From positions 16,530-80,529 of the forward strand of contig CAYQWA010000016.1 in assembly GCA_964421215.1 (NCBI GenBank): a stretch of DNA of 64,000 bases, written 5' to 3'. The notes beneath the pieces were generated by a model. The model did not search any database, had not been told where the DNA came from, and saw only the letters and a program-made list of their open reading frames with translations. The position numbers were made by a program, and so were the translations under genes. Origin of the DNA: an uncultured Bacteroidales bacterium (GTDB lineage Bacteria; Bacteroidota; Bacteroidia; Bacteroidales; JAADJA01). Below, piece by piece: positions 40,710 through 50,902 of this stretch (position 1 is its first letter; the number at the start of each line of letters is the position of its first letter).

Positions 40710-42533
40710 TCAAATCTCCCATTCTTCTTCTACATCCCAGTTTGCCCGGATAGTAATGATCTCCTCAAAGAACATAACCTTTTCGGGCTGCCTTGAAAGG
40801 ATGTAATGTCCGGTATCCCATTTTTCATTGTTATTGCTGTCGATAATTACTTTCAAACGGTAGTCACCAGGAATCAGGTATTCATAGTCGAGTCGTGTGT
40901 TCTCTGTAATTATTGTTTCTTTAAGAACAGACTCTCCCTGGATAAGCTGGATAATATGATTGGTTCCTTCCTGTATAATTGATGTGTTTATATACAAATT
41001 GCCATAATCCGAAAGTGCCTTTGTTTGAAGATTAAAACGTAAGGTGTCATGTGATTGTCCGCCAATGCCAAAAAATACGCTATCAGGAATAATGAGGTTA
41101 TAGGCAGCTTCTTCCAACCATTTATGCCTGATCTCCCCATAAAGTTGTAAAGAATCTGCAAAATGGAAATCGGGTGTAAGGGTATCTCCATTTTCAACAA
41201 GCATGGCTCCCACAATATTATAGGATCTCACAGGATAATTGAACAGTAATTTCAGGGCTTTATTCAACTCTGTCTTTTTACCGAACTTAACATTCAATTT
41301 ATCGATCCTTTCTTTTTGATCTTTCTTTTTCCTTCCCCTTTCCTTCACAGTTAAAGCTACTTCTGCAGTATCAAGTATTTCCCCTTGATCTGAAACTACA
41401 AAAGTCAGGCTGTCAGAAATATTTTCCTTTATCCAGAAAGTTAGTGTGTCTCTTGTTTTATTGATGTCCTGAAGTTTCCAGTTAAGCTCAGGATCGATGT
41501 TTATTGCTTGAATTTCCGGGTTTAGTGCCGGACGTTTAAAAATGAACTGCAGCTTATAAGGATTGATCACGCTTGCTTTAAGGAATTTCTGAACGGAATC
41601 ATATTCCTGGAACATGTACAAGGAAACAGGATCCGGTTCTTCAAACTCCGGCTCAAAATCATCAATGGCCAAAGTATCATTTATCTCAGGATCATGAAGC
41701 AATGAATCATGGTGAATAGGCTCAACCCGGATAATGGTATCTCTTACCTCAACCTCCATCTGAAGAGAATCAGTAAGCAGGCTGTCAGCAGATATAAGGG
41801 TGTCTGGTTCAGGGGGAGGGGGGATGTAGTATGGTTTGATCAAACTGTCGGAAAAAGCAATTCTTTCGGTGATCAGGTCGAACAGTAAATTTGTATTAGC
41901 GTCTTCCAGAACAAAAAGTTTGTAGGCTTTGTCGGACAGGTTGTTGAATTGAAAATGCCCGAATTCATCTGTTTTAGATAGGTAGTAAGGTTTTACAAAG
42001 AAGGGAAGGGAATCAAATGGAATGGTATCGTTGTTGTTGATATAAAGCATAACATTTAAGCCTGCAGACGGCTCAAATGTAAAAGCATCCGATACATTTC
42101 CCCTGAATGTCAGAGAGTCAAGAACATCCCCTGTTGAAAAGACATATTGAAAGTTGGAAACGGGGTTGTTCTCGGTAAGATCAACAATTGCATCGCCGAA
42201 AAAAATGTTGTAAGTGGTATTTTCTTTAAGTTCCTCCTGAAATTCAATAACAACAGATTTCCCTTTGATCCTGATCTCAGGTTTTTCATCCATTGGAGGG
42301 CTTATGATCAGTTGTTGATTCAACTCTTTCAACTCGACAAATTCATCAAACCATATCCTCACACGCTCCTCCGAAAAATTTGTTGTAAGAAGCGGAGGTT
42401 CTGCTTTTGTAAGACCAGGCGGGGTGGTATCTTTAGGCCCTCCGGTAGGGGAGACAGGATTAGCACATTCGGCAAGGAGAACAGCCATTGCCAAAAATAC
42501 CGTCAGTTTTATAATTGTTTGAATTGACCTCAA
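40710..42533 (-). CDS. Ig-like (Big_5) domain lipoprotein
   Basis: Lipobox before CANPVSPTGGPKDTTPP; FDEFV; C-terminal DSNNNEKWDTG...QPE...IRANWD. Confidence 0.85.
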   Translation of the reverse strand: MRSIQTIIKLTVFLAMAVLLAECANPVSPTGGPKDTTPPGLTKAEPPLLTTNFSEERVRIWFDEFVELKELNQQLIISPPMDEKPEIRIKGKSVVIEFQEELKENTTYNIFFGDAIVDLTENNPVSNFQYVFSTGDVLDSLTFRGNVSDAFTFEPSAGLNVMLYINNNDTIPFDSLPFFVKPYYLSKTDEFGHFQFNNLSDKAYKLFVLEDANTNLLFDLITERIAFSDSLIKPYYIPPPPEPDTLISADSLLTDSLQMEVEVRDTIIRVEPIHHDSLLHDPEINDTLAIDDFEPEFEEPDPVSLYMFQEYDSVQKFLKASVINPYKLQFIFKRPALNPEIQAINIDPELNWKLQDINKTRDTLTFWIKENISDSLTFVVSDQGEILDTAEVALTVKERGRKKKDQKERIDKLNVKFGKKTELNKALKLLFNYPVRSYNIVGAMLVENGDTLTPDFHFADSLQLYGEIRHKWLEEAAYNLIIPDSVFFGIGGQSHDTLRFNLQTKALSDYGNLYINTSIIQEGTNHIIQLIQGESVLKETIITENTRLDYEYLIPGDYRLKVIIDSNNNEKWDTGHYILSRQPEKVMFFEEIITIRANWDVEEEWEI

Positions 42534-42565
42534 TTGTTACGTTTAAAATGCAAATTTGAGAATTT

Positions 42566-43189
42566 TTATAGTAATTCTTCAGTTATTGCTTTGAATTTAT
42601 ACCCTTTCTTTTGAAAATGCTCAAGAACTCCTTCCAGTGCAAACATCATTTTATCATAAAATTTACTATTGTCATGCAAAACGATAATGCTTCCGTTTTT
42701 GGTATATTTAATACTTCGACTTAGTACTTCCTCTTTCGAAATCTTTCTCTCGAAATCGCCTGGCAATACTGACCACATTATGATCTTGTAATCTTTTCTT
42801 AATTGTTTTATTTGATAGGGAGAGATTTTGCCATAGGGAGGCCTGAAAAGTGTAGACTGAATGAGTGCAGCAGCCTTTTTAACATTGTTGAGATAATCGG
42901 TAACTGATGATTTGTTTCCTTTCAGATGATTGTAGGAATGGTTGCCTGTTTGGTGTCCTTTTTCAATAATCGAATTATAGATCTCAGGATTCTGTTTTAC
43001 TTTTTCCCCGACACAAAAAAAGGTCGCTTTTGCCTGATATTTGTCTAAAAGGCTTAAAACGGCAGGGGTGACTTTTTCATCAGGACCATCATCAAATGTC
43101 AGGTAAATATTTTTTTGTGTGTCTTTAATTCTCCAGATCAGTCCTGGATAAAATAGGTTCGCGAAGGCAGGTGTCTTTACAAAATACAT
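42566..43189 (-). CDS. Polysaccharide deacetylase (CE4/NodB)
   Basis: LTFDDGP, HSYNH, FRPPYG and VLHD motifs. Confidence 0.95.
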   Translation of the reverse strand: MYFVKTPAFANLFYPGLIWRIKDTQKNIYLTFDDGPDEKVTPAVLSLLDKYQAKATFFCVGEKVKQNPEIYNSIIEKGHQTGNHSYNHLKGNKSSVTDYLNNVKKAAALIQSTLFRPPYGKISPYQIKQLRKDYKIIMWSVLPGDFERKISKEEVLSRSIKYTKNGSIIVLHDNSKFYDKMMFALEGVLEHFQKKGYKFKAITEELL

Positions 43190-43195
43190 AATGGA

Positions 43196-44575
43196 TCATT
43201 TGTTTGTTGGAAGCTCAAGTCCGTAGCCTGAAACTTTATCTTCACGTTTCAGGAGAATCGCAAATAATAATCCAAATATTCCGAGCATTGCCAGCATGAT
43301 GATAGCATATTTGTAATTATAGGATGCCTGTCCATCGGCTACCATTTCAGGTGTTATGCCGGGATTTGTTTTGTCGAGGACAATACCGATAAGTAGCGGG
43401 AAAGCCCACAACCCAAGATTTTGAATAGCAAACATGGTTCCATATGCACTTCCTATTCTTTTTTCAGCAACGATTTTTGCCACAGAAGGCCACATGGCAG
43501 CAGGAACCAGAGAAAAGGCTATTCCCAGCATGATCATTAGAAATACCGGGGATATATAAGTGAATGCAAAGCATAGATGGATTCCTACCAGCATTAATGA
43601 GCCAATAATCATCAATGAAGCACTTTTCCCTTTTCTATCTACAAGCAATCCAACTAATGGTGTAAAAAACAATGTTCCAATGGCTAAAAGTGATGATATC
43701 TTTCCACTCATAGTCTGGGTCATGCCAAATTTATTCAGGAAGAAATCGGGAGCAAAGGATTGAAAAGGAAAAACGGCTGAATAAAAAGTCATGCATAATA
43801 AAGTGACAAATATGAACGACCTGTTTGTAACAAGCCTAACAAGGTCGCTGACGTGGAATTTGGCTGCCTCAGTCATTTTACTTGTATCAAGCAATTGTTT
43901 GTCGAATTTCATGTCGTAAATTGAATACACCAGGAAAAACAAAAGTGCTATAGCGAGCAGCATGGCAGCAAACCAAATGGCATTGTTCCAGTGGCTGGAA
44001 TTTTCTGCAATTATCGGTGAGAAATAAAAAGCAGCAAAGGATCCCAACCTAGCAATCCCTATTTTTAATCCAAATGCAAGTGCAAGTTCCTTGCCTTTAA
44101 ACCATTTTACGATCACCTTACTAACAACCACAATACTGGTTTCAGCTCCCAATCCGAATAAAAATCGGCCCAGTAACATCATTTTTAACTGAGGAGAGTA
44201 ATCCGGTAAAAATGAGTTAAAAAGGGTAAAACCAAATCCGCCATTGCTGTAATAATCACTTGCACCGTAAGCAGTTAAGAATGCACCTGCCGTCATTAAA
44301 ACAATAAAAAGGAAACCTGTTCGGCGTATACCTATTTTGTCAAGAATAATACCTCCCCAAATGCACATAAGGAAAAAGATATTCGGAATGGAGTAAGCCG
44401 ATACGAATAACCCGAAATCAGTATTTGTAAAATTGAAATTGTCTTCAAGCATTCTCTTAAGTGGAGAAATCGCATCATAGAAGTAATAATTAGCAGCCTG
44501 TACAGAAGCAATTAAAATTAGAATCCCAAAACGTAATATTATGTTGTCGTTAAGTTTTGCTTTCAAATCATTCAT
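43196..44575 (-). CDS. MFS transporter
   Basis: 12 TM segments; GIILDKIGIR motif A; GRFLFGLGAE. Confidence 0.92.
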   Translation of the reverse strand: MNDLKAKLNDNIILRFGILILIASVQAANYYFYDAISPLKRMLEDNFNFTNTDFGLFVSAYSIPNIFFLMCIWGGIILDKIGIRRTGFLFIVLMTAGAFLTAYGASDYYSNGGFGFTLFNSFLPDYSPQLKMMLLGRFLFGLGAETSIVVVSKVIVKWFKGKELALAFGLKIGIARLGSFAAFYFSPIIAENSSHWNNAIWFAAMLLAIALLFFLVYSIYDMKFDKQLLDTSKMTEAAKFHVSDLVRLVTNRSFIFVTLLCMTFYSAVFPFQSFAPDFFLNKFGMTQTMSGKISSLLAIGTLFFTPLVGLLVDRKGKSASLMIIGSLMLVGIHLCFAFTYISPVFLMIMLGIAFSLVPAAMWPSVAKIVAEKRIGSAYGTMFAIQNLGLWAFPLLIGIVLDKTNPGITPEMVADGQASYNYKYAIIMLAMLGIFGLLFAILLKREDKVSGYGLELPTNK

Positions 44576-44801
44576 TTGAAGATTGTATTTTTCCTGTGAA
44601 GCGTGTAAAAGTACTAAAAATAATAAGTGAACAATCCGGCAAGTTTGAACGATAAATTGTTAAAGAAAATCCCTCAAGAAATGATTAATAATTGATTATC
44701 AGGTCAATTATAAGTTGTCCGGAGAAGGTCCATTACTTTTTGTATTTTTGGAACGAAATCAGGTCGGTTATCGTTTTATAGTAAATGGACATTGTTTTTT
44801 A

Positions 44802-47800
44802 ATGTCGAAAAAATTAGGTAGAAAACATTACATGTTGTCAGGGAAACTATTAAGGGTCGGAATATTTATTTTACTTTTTGTTCTTATTTCTCCAGAAATA
44901 ATCGGGCAAGGGTACACTTTCTATTGGATTGGTGACGAAGGCAACTGGTCGGATGAGTCAAACTGGGAATCGACGATTGGAGGATTACCCTCTCAGTTTG
45001 ACAACGTAGTTTTTAATGAAGATTCCTTCAAAGAACTTGGCCACTCACTGATCATAGATATACCTGCCCAATGCCACAGCATGGATTGGAGTGATGTTAT
45101 AAATGATCCAATAATTACAGGCAGCTTTCCTTTGGAGATATGGGGATCCCTTACTTTATCACCAGTAGTTAAACTGAATTATTTCGAAGATATTCACTTC
45201 CTGTCTGAGGAAATGAACAACCTCATTGACCCTGCTGGCCTTGAGTTTACATCGGATATGTACTTCTCGGGACAGGGAAGCTGGAACCTGGTGGATACTC
45301 TAAAGGTTGGAATTAATTCCATTTACCTTGAATCAGGTATCCTGAATACCAACAATTGGGATTTGTGTTGTGGATCATTTATTGCACAGTCTGATCTTTC
45401 AAAGTCTCTGAATCTCAATTCATCCCTTGTGAAGATCCAGAATGATAACCCTGAGTGGTATGTGGATGAATATCTTATTCTAACCCAGGAGGGCAGCACA
45501 ATAATTCTGGGAAACGAAAACCTGAACTCAACTATTTTATTTGCAGGTGGTGGTCATTCATATGGCCATGTTATCCTACAAAATGATGCAGGTATACAAG
45601 GTGGCAATACATTTGGTTCCCTGAGCCTGAGTGCAGGACATTCTTACAATTTTGAAAGTGAAAAAACCCAGTTGATCCAGAACAATTTAAAAGCAAGAGG
45701 ATGTGCGGGTTTAATTGAAATAAAAGCTGGTGGAGCAGGTCAGGCAACCCTATCGAAAAGTTCCGGGGACCTGAAGATCTCTTTTGTGTCACTTGAATCT
45801 ATCCACGCACAAATGGGCAACGGGACTTTGATTGCGGATTATTCAATTGATGTTGAAAATAATTCAGGTGATCTCTTAATTAATGAAGAAAGCCGAAACA
45901 TGTACTGGGTAAATGGAACAGGATACTGGACGGATACTACTCATTGGTCCACGTTGAATGGAGGCCCTGATGAAGATTGTCTCCCGTTGTTGTATGATAA
46001 TTTATTCTTTAATGAAAATTCATTTGTTGACCAGGATACGGTAATCGTTGATATAGATGAGATCTACTGCAACAACATGTTCTGGACAGGCAATGACCAG
46101 CCGGTATTTACCCAGGAACCTGCCATTGTTCCATTGACCATTACCGGTTCACTGGAGTTTAATCCGAACATGGAAAATAACATAACCGGCCCGATTCAAT
46201 TTATCAGCGATCTTCCTACGAATGTGGTTAAGACTGCCAGCGTGGGACTCAACGGCGATGTGGATTTTATTGGAGAAGGGAGTTGGACGGTTCCTGATAG
46301 CTTGCACATTTTTGGTAACCTAACATTTTACAGCGGCACTTTAAATTTCACTGGGAATTACATGGAATGCAACACCTTCCATTCAGATTCTGCATTTAAC
46401 CGTGCATTATATCTCGGACAAACCGATGTAATTATTAAATACAGGTCACCAATTCCTGCCTGGAGCCTTAACAATGAAAACTTGCTGTTTAATGCGGGAA
46501 CATCTTTTATAGAGTTTTTATCAAGCAGCAGCAAGTTATACACTTACGGAGGAGATACCGTTGCTTATTATGATGCTGAATTCGATGAGGAAAAAGGCAA
46601 TTCGGAGATATATACTTTCAATGGTGAAATAGGGAATACCTACTGTAAATTCAACTGGTCAGGATTTAATAGTAATGGTAAAATTTACGGTAATAATACC
46701 TTTGATTCTATTTCGTTAACCGGGGGAAATTATTATTCTCTGCAAGGTGGAAAAACGCAAAGAATCAATCATCAAATAGTCACTCCTGATACCTGTACAG
46801 GGATCGCTTTATTACAGTCAACTTCCTCCGGAACGCAGACTTACATCCAAAAACCCTCTGATACACTGCTTGTTAATTATATCGCCCTGCAGGATATTCA
46901 TGCTGTGGGTGAAGCTGTTTATATTGCAGAGCATTCCATCGACCTTTTTAACAATGATGGTTGGGATACAATTACAGGTCCTGGTTCTCGAAAACTATAT
47001 TGGGTTGGAGGTGCAGGAGACTGGGAAGATCCGTCTCACTGGTCATTAATGAGCAATGGCAGCGGTGGGGAGTGCATTCCAACTCCTGCCGACACCGTAA
47101 TTTTTGATTATTATTCCTTTTCTGAAGAAAGCCAGGAAGTAACAATAAATTTCAATAATGCTTTTGCGAGAAACTTAATTTGGGAAGATGTTCAGTTTAT
47201 GCCTGAGTTTTCAGGAAATTTCAGTGGTTCTTTTTTTAGGATTTATGGCTCACTTCTTTTTGATCCAAACATGTATTTTACGTTTCCCGGATACATCCTT
47301 TTCGGATCCAGAAATAAAAATGAATTCATTCATACCAATAACATCAAATTACACAACATAAATAACCATGTTTATTTTGATGGTGCTGATGGCGGCTGGG
47401 AATTGCTTGATAACTTCGATCTAGGAAAAAGTTTGGAAAACAGAAACAACATCTATTACAATTATGGCGATCTCACAACTAACGGGTATCCAATGACCTG
47501 TTTTACATTTTCTTCACGAACATCTGCAAACCGGGTATTAACACTCGACACCTCTAAAATTTATATAAAGCACCATTGGGATGTTGATGGTAACAACCTT
47601 CAAATACCAGAAAATACATCTTCCATTAAAATCGATTCAGGCAATTTTTTGCAAAGGAATGGAATTGGATTGCATTACAATGATCTTTTGATGGCGGCTG
47701 AATTAAACGATCAGCAGGTCAATTTAAGGAGCACCGATTCGGTCTTCTTTGAGGATGTTATGTTTAATTACGACGGAGAGGTAACAGGTTACAGCAGTGA

Positions 47801-49742
47801 TGTTTATGCTGACAGTATATTGTTCAAAGGAACTGGAATTGTTTCCGGCCCGGGGAATGTGTACATGGTGGATAGCCTGATTTTTCACTCAACCGGGGAA
47901 TTGTACGGCAATGATACCATCAACATGATCAGGTTTGATTCAACCGGATTTATTGAAGGAAATGGAATTTATGGCCATGTGGATTTTACGAATAACGGTA
48001 GCGTTTATGGCAATAATCAATTCGATACCTTATTGTTCTCACCTGGCTATACCTATGTTATGCAGGAAATGGCTTCACAAACCATCATTGATAGTTTAAG
48101 GATCTGGGGAAACAATTGCCAGTTCGTAACATTGCTTTCCTCAGGTGGGTTGCAGGCTGAAATTCACAAGGACACAGGGATGATTGCCGGGGAGTTTATA
48201 GAGATGCAAAACATTAGCGCCACTGGCAATGCAATTTTTGATGCGGGACATTTTAGCCTCGATGTGAATGAATCCAATACTGGTTGGATCTTTCATCCTT
48301 CGCCCATGAACTACCAATTGCCCAATGACACAAGTATTCTTGAGGGAGATACCCTCTTATTGTGTGCAGAGAATTTTAATGGTAACCTTACAACTACTTA
48401 TTTATGGGAAGATGGCTCAGGAAATACGATAGGAGCTGATTCATGCCTTGAAATTACACAGAACGGTACCTATATTCTTACCGTTTTCTATGATGAAGGT
48501 CCTGGTTGCACCCGACAGGATACGATCGTTGTTAGTTGTTACCTTGATTTTTTGATTGAGCCAACTGACATCAGCTGCTTTGGATTTTCAGACGGGAAAG
48601 TTGAGGTAACACCTCAGGTAGGGGAGGCTCCATTTACTGTTAACTGGTTTGATGAGCAGAACAACATTATTGGCAATATGCTGAACCTTGAAAATGTAAA
48701 AGCCGGCAAATACCGGTTCACCATTGAAGATGTTCAACTTTGTTTTTCTGAAGACAGCATTACATTGATCCAACCTGACACCCTTTTACTCGATCATGAA
48801 AAAACCGATGCGTGTTACCAAATGAATAATGGTACAATCTCGTTGATTCCTTCCGGAGGAACTTTACCTTATTCATTTAGTTGGAATAATGGAGATACCG
48901 TAAGTTTTAGATCAAATCTCGAACCAGGGGTTTATTCGGTTTCAATGACAGATGCTCAATGCCCTGCTGTTAATAAGGATATAGAAATACTGGCACTGGA
49001 CCAATTGAATTTTGAATTAAATGGCAGTGACCTTATCTGTTATCACGACAGCAGTGGTGCAATATCTGTTTTAGATATTACAGGGGGAAATGGGCTTTAT
49101 ACCCATTTTCTCTGGGAAAAGGACGGATTGGAATTTGAGCATGTCCAGGATATAGATAGTTTAATGCCTGGTCATTATACTTTAACCATATCAGATGAGA
49201 TTGGCTGTCAGGCTTCCGGATCTATTGAGATCTCAGAACCTGAGGAAGTTATTGTTGTTCTGGATACAGTCAAATACCCCGGTGGATTGGGTGGAGTTGA
49301 CTTAAGTGTGTCAGGTGGTATTCCCCCATACTGGTTTGAATGGAGCAACGGAGCGTATACCGAAGATCTGTCCAATCTGGAGGGAGGGATGTATACTGTT
49401 GCAGTTGAAGACGACAATGGATGCATCACTATGAAGAGTATATATGTTCATGTCCGTTACAGGATCAATGCACCAACAGCATTTTCACCCAATAACGACG
49501 GTATGAACGATGAGTTCACGTTTATGTCTTTCGGGACCAACTTAAAATCGTTTGAAATAAACATATTTAACCGGTGGGGCCAGGAGGTATTCACATCAAG
49601 AGATGGTGATTTTTCATGGAACGGAAGCTTGTTCAACTCGGGAGAATTGTTGCCGACAGGTGTTTACACATGGCAGGCCAGGGTTGAGTTTACTGACGAA
49701 GCTAAGATCCTTGAGGTCGGCAATGTTACATTGTTAAGATAA
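44802..49742 (+). CDS. Large T9SS type B cargo adhesin (three YW.G..G.W.D repeats, SprB repeats, gliding-motility C-terminal domain)
   Basis: PTAFSPNNDGMND...IFNRWG...WNG...GNVTLLR CTD and SGGT.PYSFSW SprB repeats. Start is 44802 or 44832, since the -7 box TATTTTTG at 44743-44750 lies inside the longer ORF. Confidence 0.88.
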   Translation: MSKKLGRKHYMLSGKLLRVGIFILLFVLISPEIIGQGYTFYWIGDEGNWSDESNWESTIGGLPSQFDNVVFNEDSFKELGHSLIIDIPAQCHSMDWSDVINDPIITGSFPLEIWGSLTLSPVVKLNYFEDIHFLSEEMNNLIDPAGLEFTSDMYFSGQGSWNLVDTLKVGINSIYLESGILNTNNWDLCCGSFIAQSDLSKSLNLNSSLVKIQNDNPEWYVDEYLILTQEGSTIILGNENLNSTILFAGGGHSYGHVILQNDAGIQGGNTFGSLSLSAGHSYNFESEKTQLIQNNLKARGCAGLIEIKAGGAGQATLSKSSGDLKISFVSLESIHAQMGNGTLIADYSIDVENNSGDLLINEESRNMYWVNGTGYWTDTTHWSTLNGGPDEDCLPLLYDNLFFNENSFVDQDTVIVDIDEIYCNNMFWTGNDQPVFTQEPAIVPLTITGSLEFNPNMENNITGPIQFISDLPTNVVKTASVGLNGDVDFIGEGSWTVPDSLHIFGNLTFYSGTLNFTGNYMECNTFHSDSAFNRALYLGQTDVIIKYRSPIPAWSLNNENLLFNAGTSFIEFLSSSSKLYTYGGDTVAYYDAEFDEEKGNSEIYTFNGEIGNTYCKFNWSGFNSNGKIYGNNTFDSISLTGGNYYSLQGGKTQRINHQIVTPDTCTGIALLQSTSSGTQTYIQKPSDTLLVNYIALQDIHAVGEAVYIAEHSIDLFNNDGWDTITGPGSRKLYWVGGAGDWEDPSHWSLMSNGSGGECIPTPADTVIFDYYSFSEESQEVTINFNNAFARNLIWEDVQFMPEFSGNFSGSFFRIYGSLLFDPNMYFTFPGYILFGSRNKNEFIHTNNIKLHNINNHVYFDGADGGWELLDNFDLGKSLENRNNIYYNYGDLTTNGYPMTCFTFSSRTSANRVLTLDTSKIYIKHHWDVDGNNLQIPENTSSIKIDSGNFLQRNGIGLHYNDLLMAAELNDQQVNLRSTDSVFFEDVMFNYDGEVTGYSSDVYADSILFKGTGIVSGPGNVYMVDSLIFHSTGELYGNDTINMIRFDSTGFIEGNGIYGHVDFTNNGSVYGNNQFDTLLFSPGYTYVMQEMASQTIIDSLRIWGNNCQFVTLLSSGGLQAEIHKDTGMIAGEFIEMQNISATGNAIFDAGHFSLDVNESNTGWIFHPSPMNYQLPNDTSILEGDTLLLCAENFNGNLTTTYLWEDGSGNTIGADSCLEITQNGTYILTVFYDEGPGCTRQDTIVVSCYLDFLIEPTDISCFGFSDGKVEVTPQVGEAPFTVNWFDEQNNIIGNMLNLENVKAGKYRFTIEDVQLCFSEDSITLIQPDTLLLDHEKTDACYQMNNGTISLIPSGGTLPYSFSWNNGDTVSFRSNLEPGVYSVSMTDAQCPAVNKDIEILALDQLNFELNGSDLICYHDSSGAISVLDITGGNGLYTHFLWEKDGLEFEHVQDIDSLMPGHYTLTISDEIGCQASGSIEISEPEEVIVVLDTVKYPGGLGGVDLSVSGGIPPYWFEWSNGAYTEDLSNLEGGMYTVAVEDDNGCITMKSIYVHVRYRINAPTAFSPNNDGMNDEFTFMSFGTNLKSFEINIFNRWGQEVFTSRDGDFSWNGSLFNSGELLPTGVYTWQARVEFTDEAKILEVGNVTLLR

Positions 49743-49778
49743 AAAAAGGCGGTGTTCATTAGCACCGCCTTACTTTTT
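49741..49778. terminator. Bidirectional intrinsic terminator
   Basis: A7-flanked AAGGCGGTG/CACCGCCTT stem with a T tract, between convergent genes. Confidence 0.85.
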
Positions 49779-49792
49779 ATAATGAAAAAGGA

Positions 49793-50428
49793 TTATTGTT
49801 TGGCCAAATAGTTTGCAACACCTTCTGCTGTTGCTTCCATTGCATCTTCACCTGGCTTCCAGTCTGCAGGACAAACTTCACCATGCTCTTCGAAATACTG
49901 AAGTGCATCTACCATCCTGATGGCTTCATCAACACTTCTGCCGAGAGGAAGATCATTCACCACCTGGTGACGAACAACTCCTTGTTTGTCGATAAGGAAT
50001 AATCCCCTATATGCTACAGGATCTCCGTCGAACAATGAAAGATCGTCATCTTCGTCATAATCATACTCGCCAGCCAGAACGTCATAATTTTCAGAAATTG
50101 TTTTTGAAAGATCAGAAACCAAAGGATATTTAACTCCCTTAATTCCACCATCCTTTAATTCAGTATTGAGCCATGCCCAATGTGAAAATTTGGAGTCAAC
50201 AGAACATCCAACAACAGCAACGTCTCTTTTATCAAAATCTTCCATTTTCTTTTGGAAAGCTAATATCTCAGTTGGACATACAAAGGTGAAATCCAATGGA
50301 TAAAAGAAGAAAACTACATATTTTTTCCCGATGTATTGTTCAAGGGAAAATTTCTCTATGAACTCGCCACCGTTTACTACAGCGTCCGCTTCAAATAAAG
50401 GTGCTTTTTTACCTACTAATACTCCCAT
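49793..50428 (-). CDS. ahpC: 2-Cys peroxiredoxin (AhpC/Tsa family)
   Basis: FYPLDFTFVCPTE and GEVCPA motifs; promoter TATCTTTG at 50477-50484 (-). Confidence 0.95.
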   Translation of the reverse strand: MGVLVGKKAPLFEADAVVNGGEFIEKFSLEQYIGKKYVVFFFYPLDFTFVCPTEILAFQKKMEDFDKRDVAVVGCSVDSKFSHWAWLNTELKDGGIKGVKYPLVSDLSKTISENYDVLAGEYDYDEDDDLSLFDGDPVAYRGLFLIDKQGVVRHQVVNDLPLGRSVDEAIRMVDALQYFEEHGEVCPADWKPGEDAMEATAEGVANYLAKQ

Positions 50429-50582
50429 TTTAAATATTTTAGATAGTTAATACTGTATTGTATTCAAAATTTTCGGCAAAGATAGAAAAATCAAAAAATC
50501 CATCTAAACCTTTCTTAAAGATATTATTAACAAATCAAAAATTAAATTGTTTAATTCTTAAATAGGAATTATTCTTGATAAA

Positions 50583-50789
50583 TTAAAACAGTTGAGTAAA
50601 AAAGTTACAGCACCACTTGAAGTAAGAATAAATGTTGGATGTGATGTGGGAGGCAAAATTACTGCGAAATGAAACCACCATGATCAGGGCAAACACTGTA
50701 ACACCATAAACCGAGTACACAGTAAATATACCTTCTAAGAAAGCTTTTATTGCAGCATTTGATTTCACTCGTTTGACGTTTTCTGCCAT
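50583..50789 (-). CDS. Small hypothetical single-TM protein (68 aa)
   Basis: A-rich start context (aatcaatcaaagacgATG), hydrophobic segment IFTVYSVYGVTVFALIMVV, upstream -7-like box. Confidence 0.5.
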   Translation of the reverse strand: MAENVKRVKSNAAIKAFLEGIFTVYSVYGVTVFALIMVVSFRSNFASHITSNIYSYFKWCCNFFTQLF

Positions 50790-50902
50790 CGTCTTTGATT
50801 GATTATAAGTTAACGGCATGTGTTTGTAAAAAGTATGTTAACAAAAGTTAACAAGGGTTAAATCTGCTGGCCATAATTTTAACTATTTATCACTGTGGTA
50901 AT

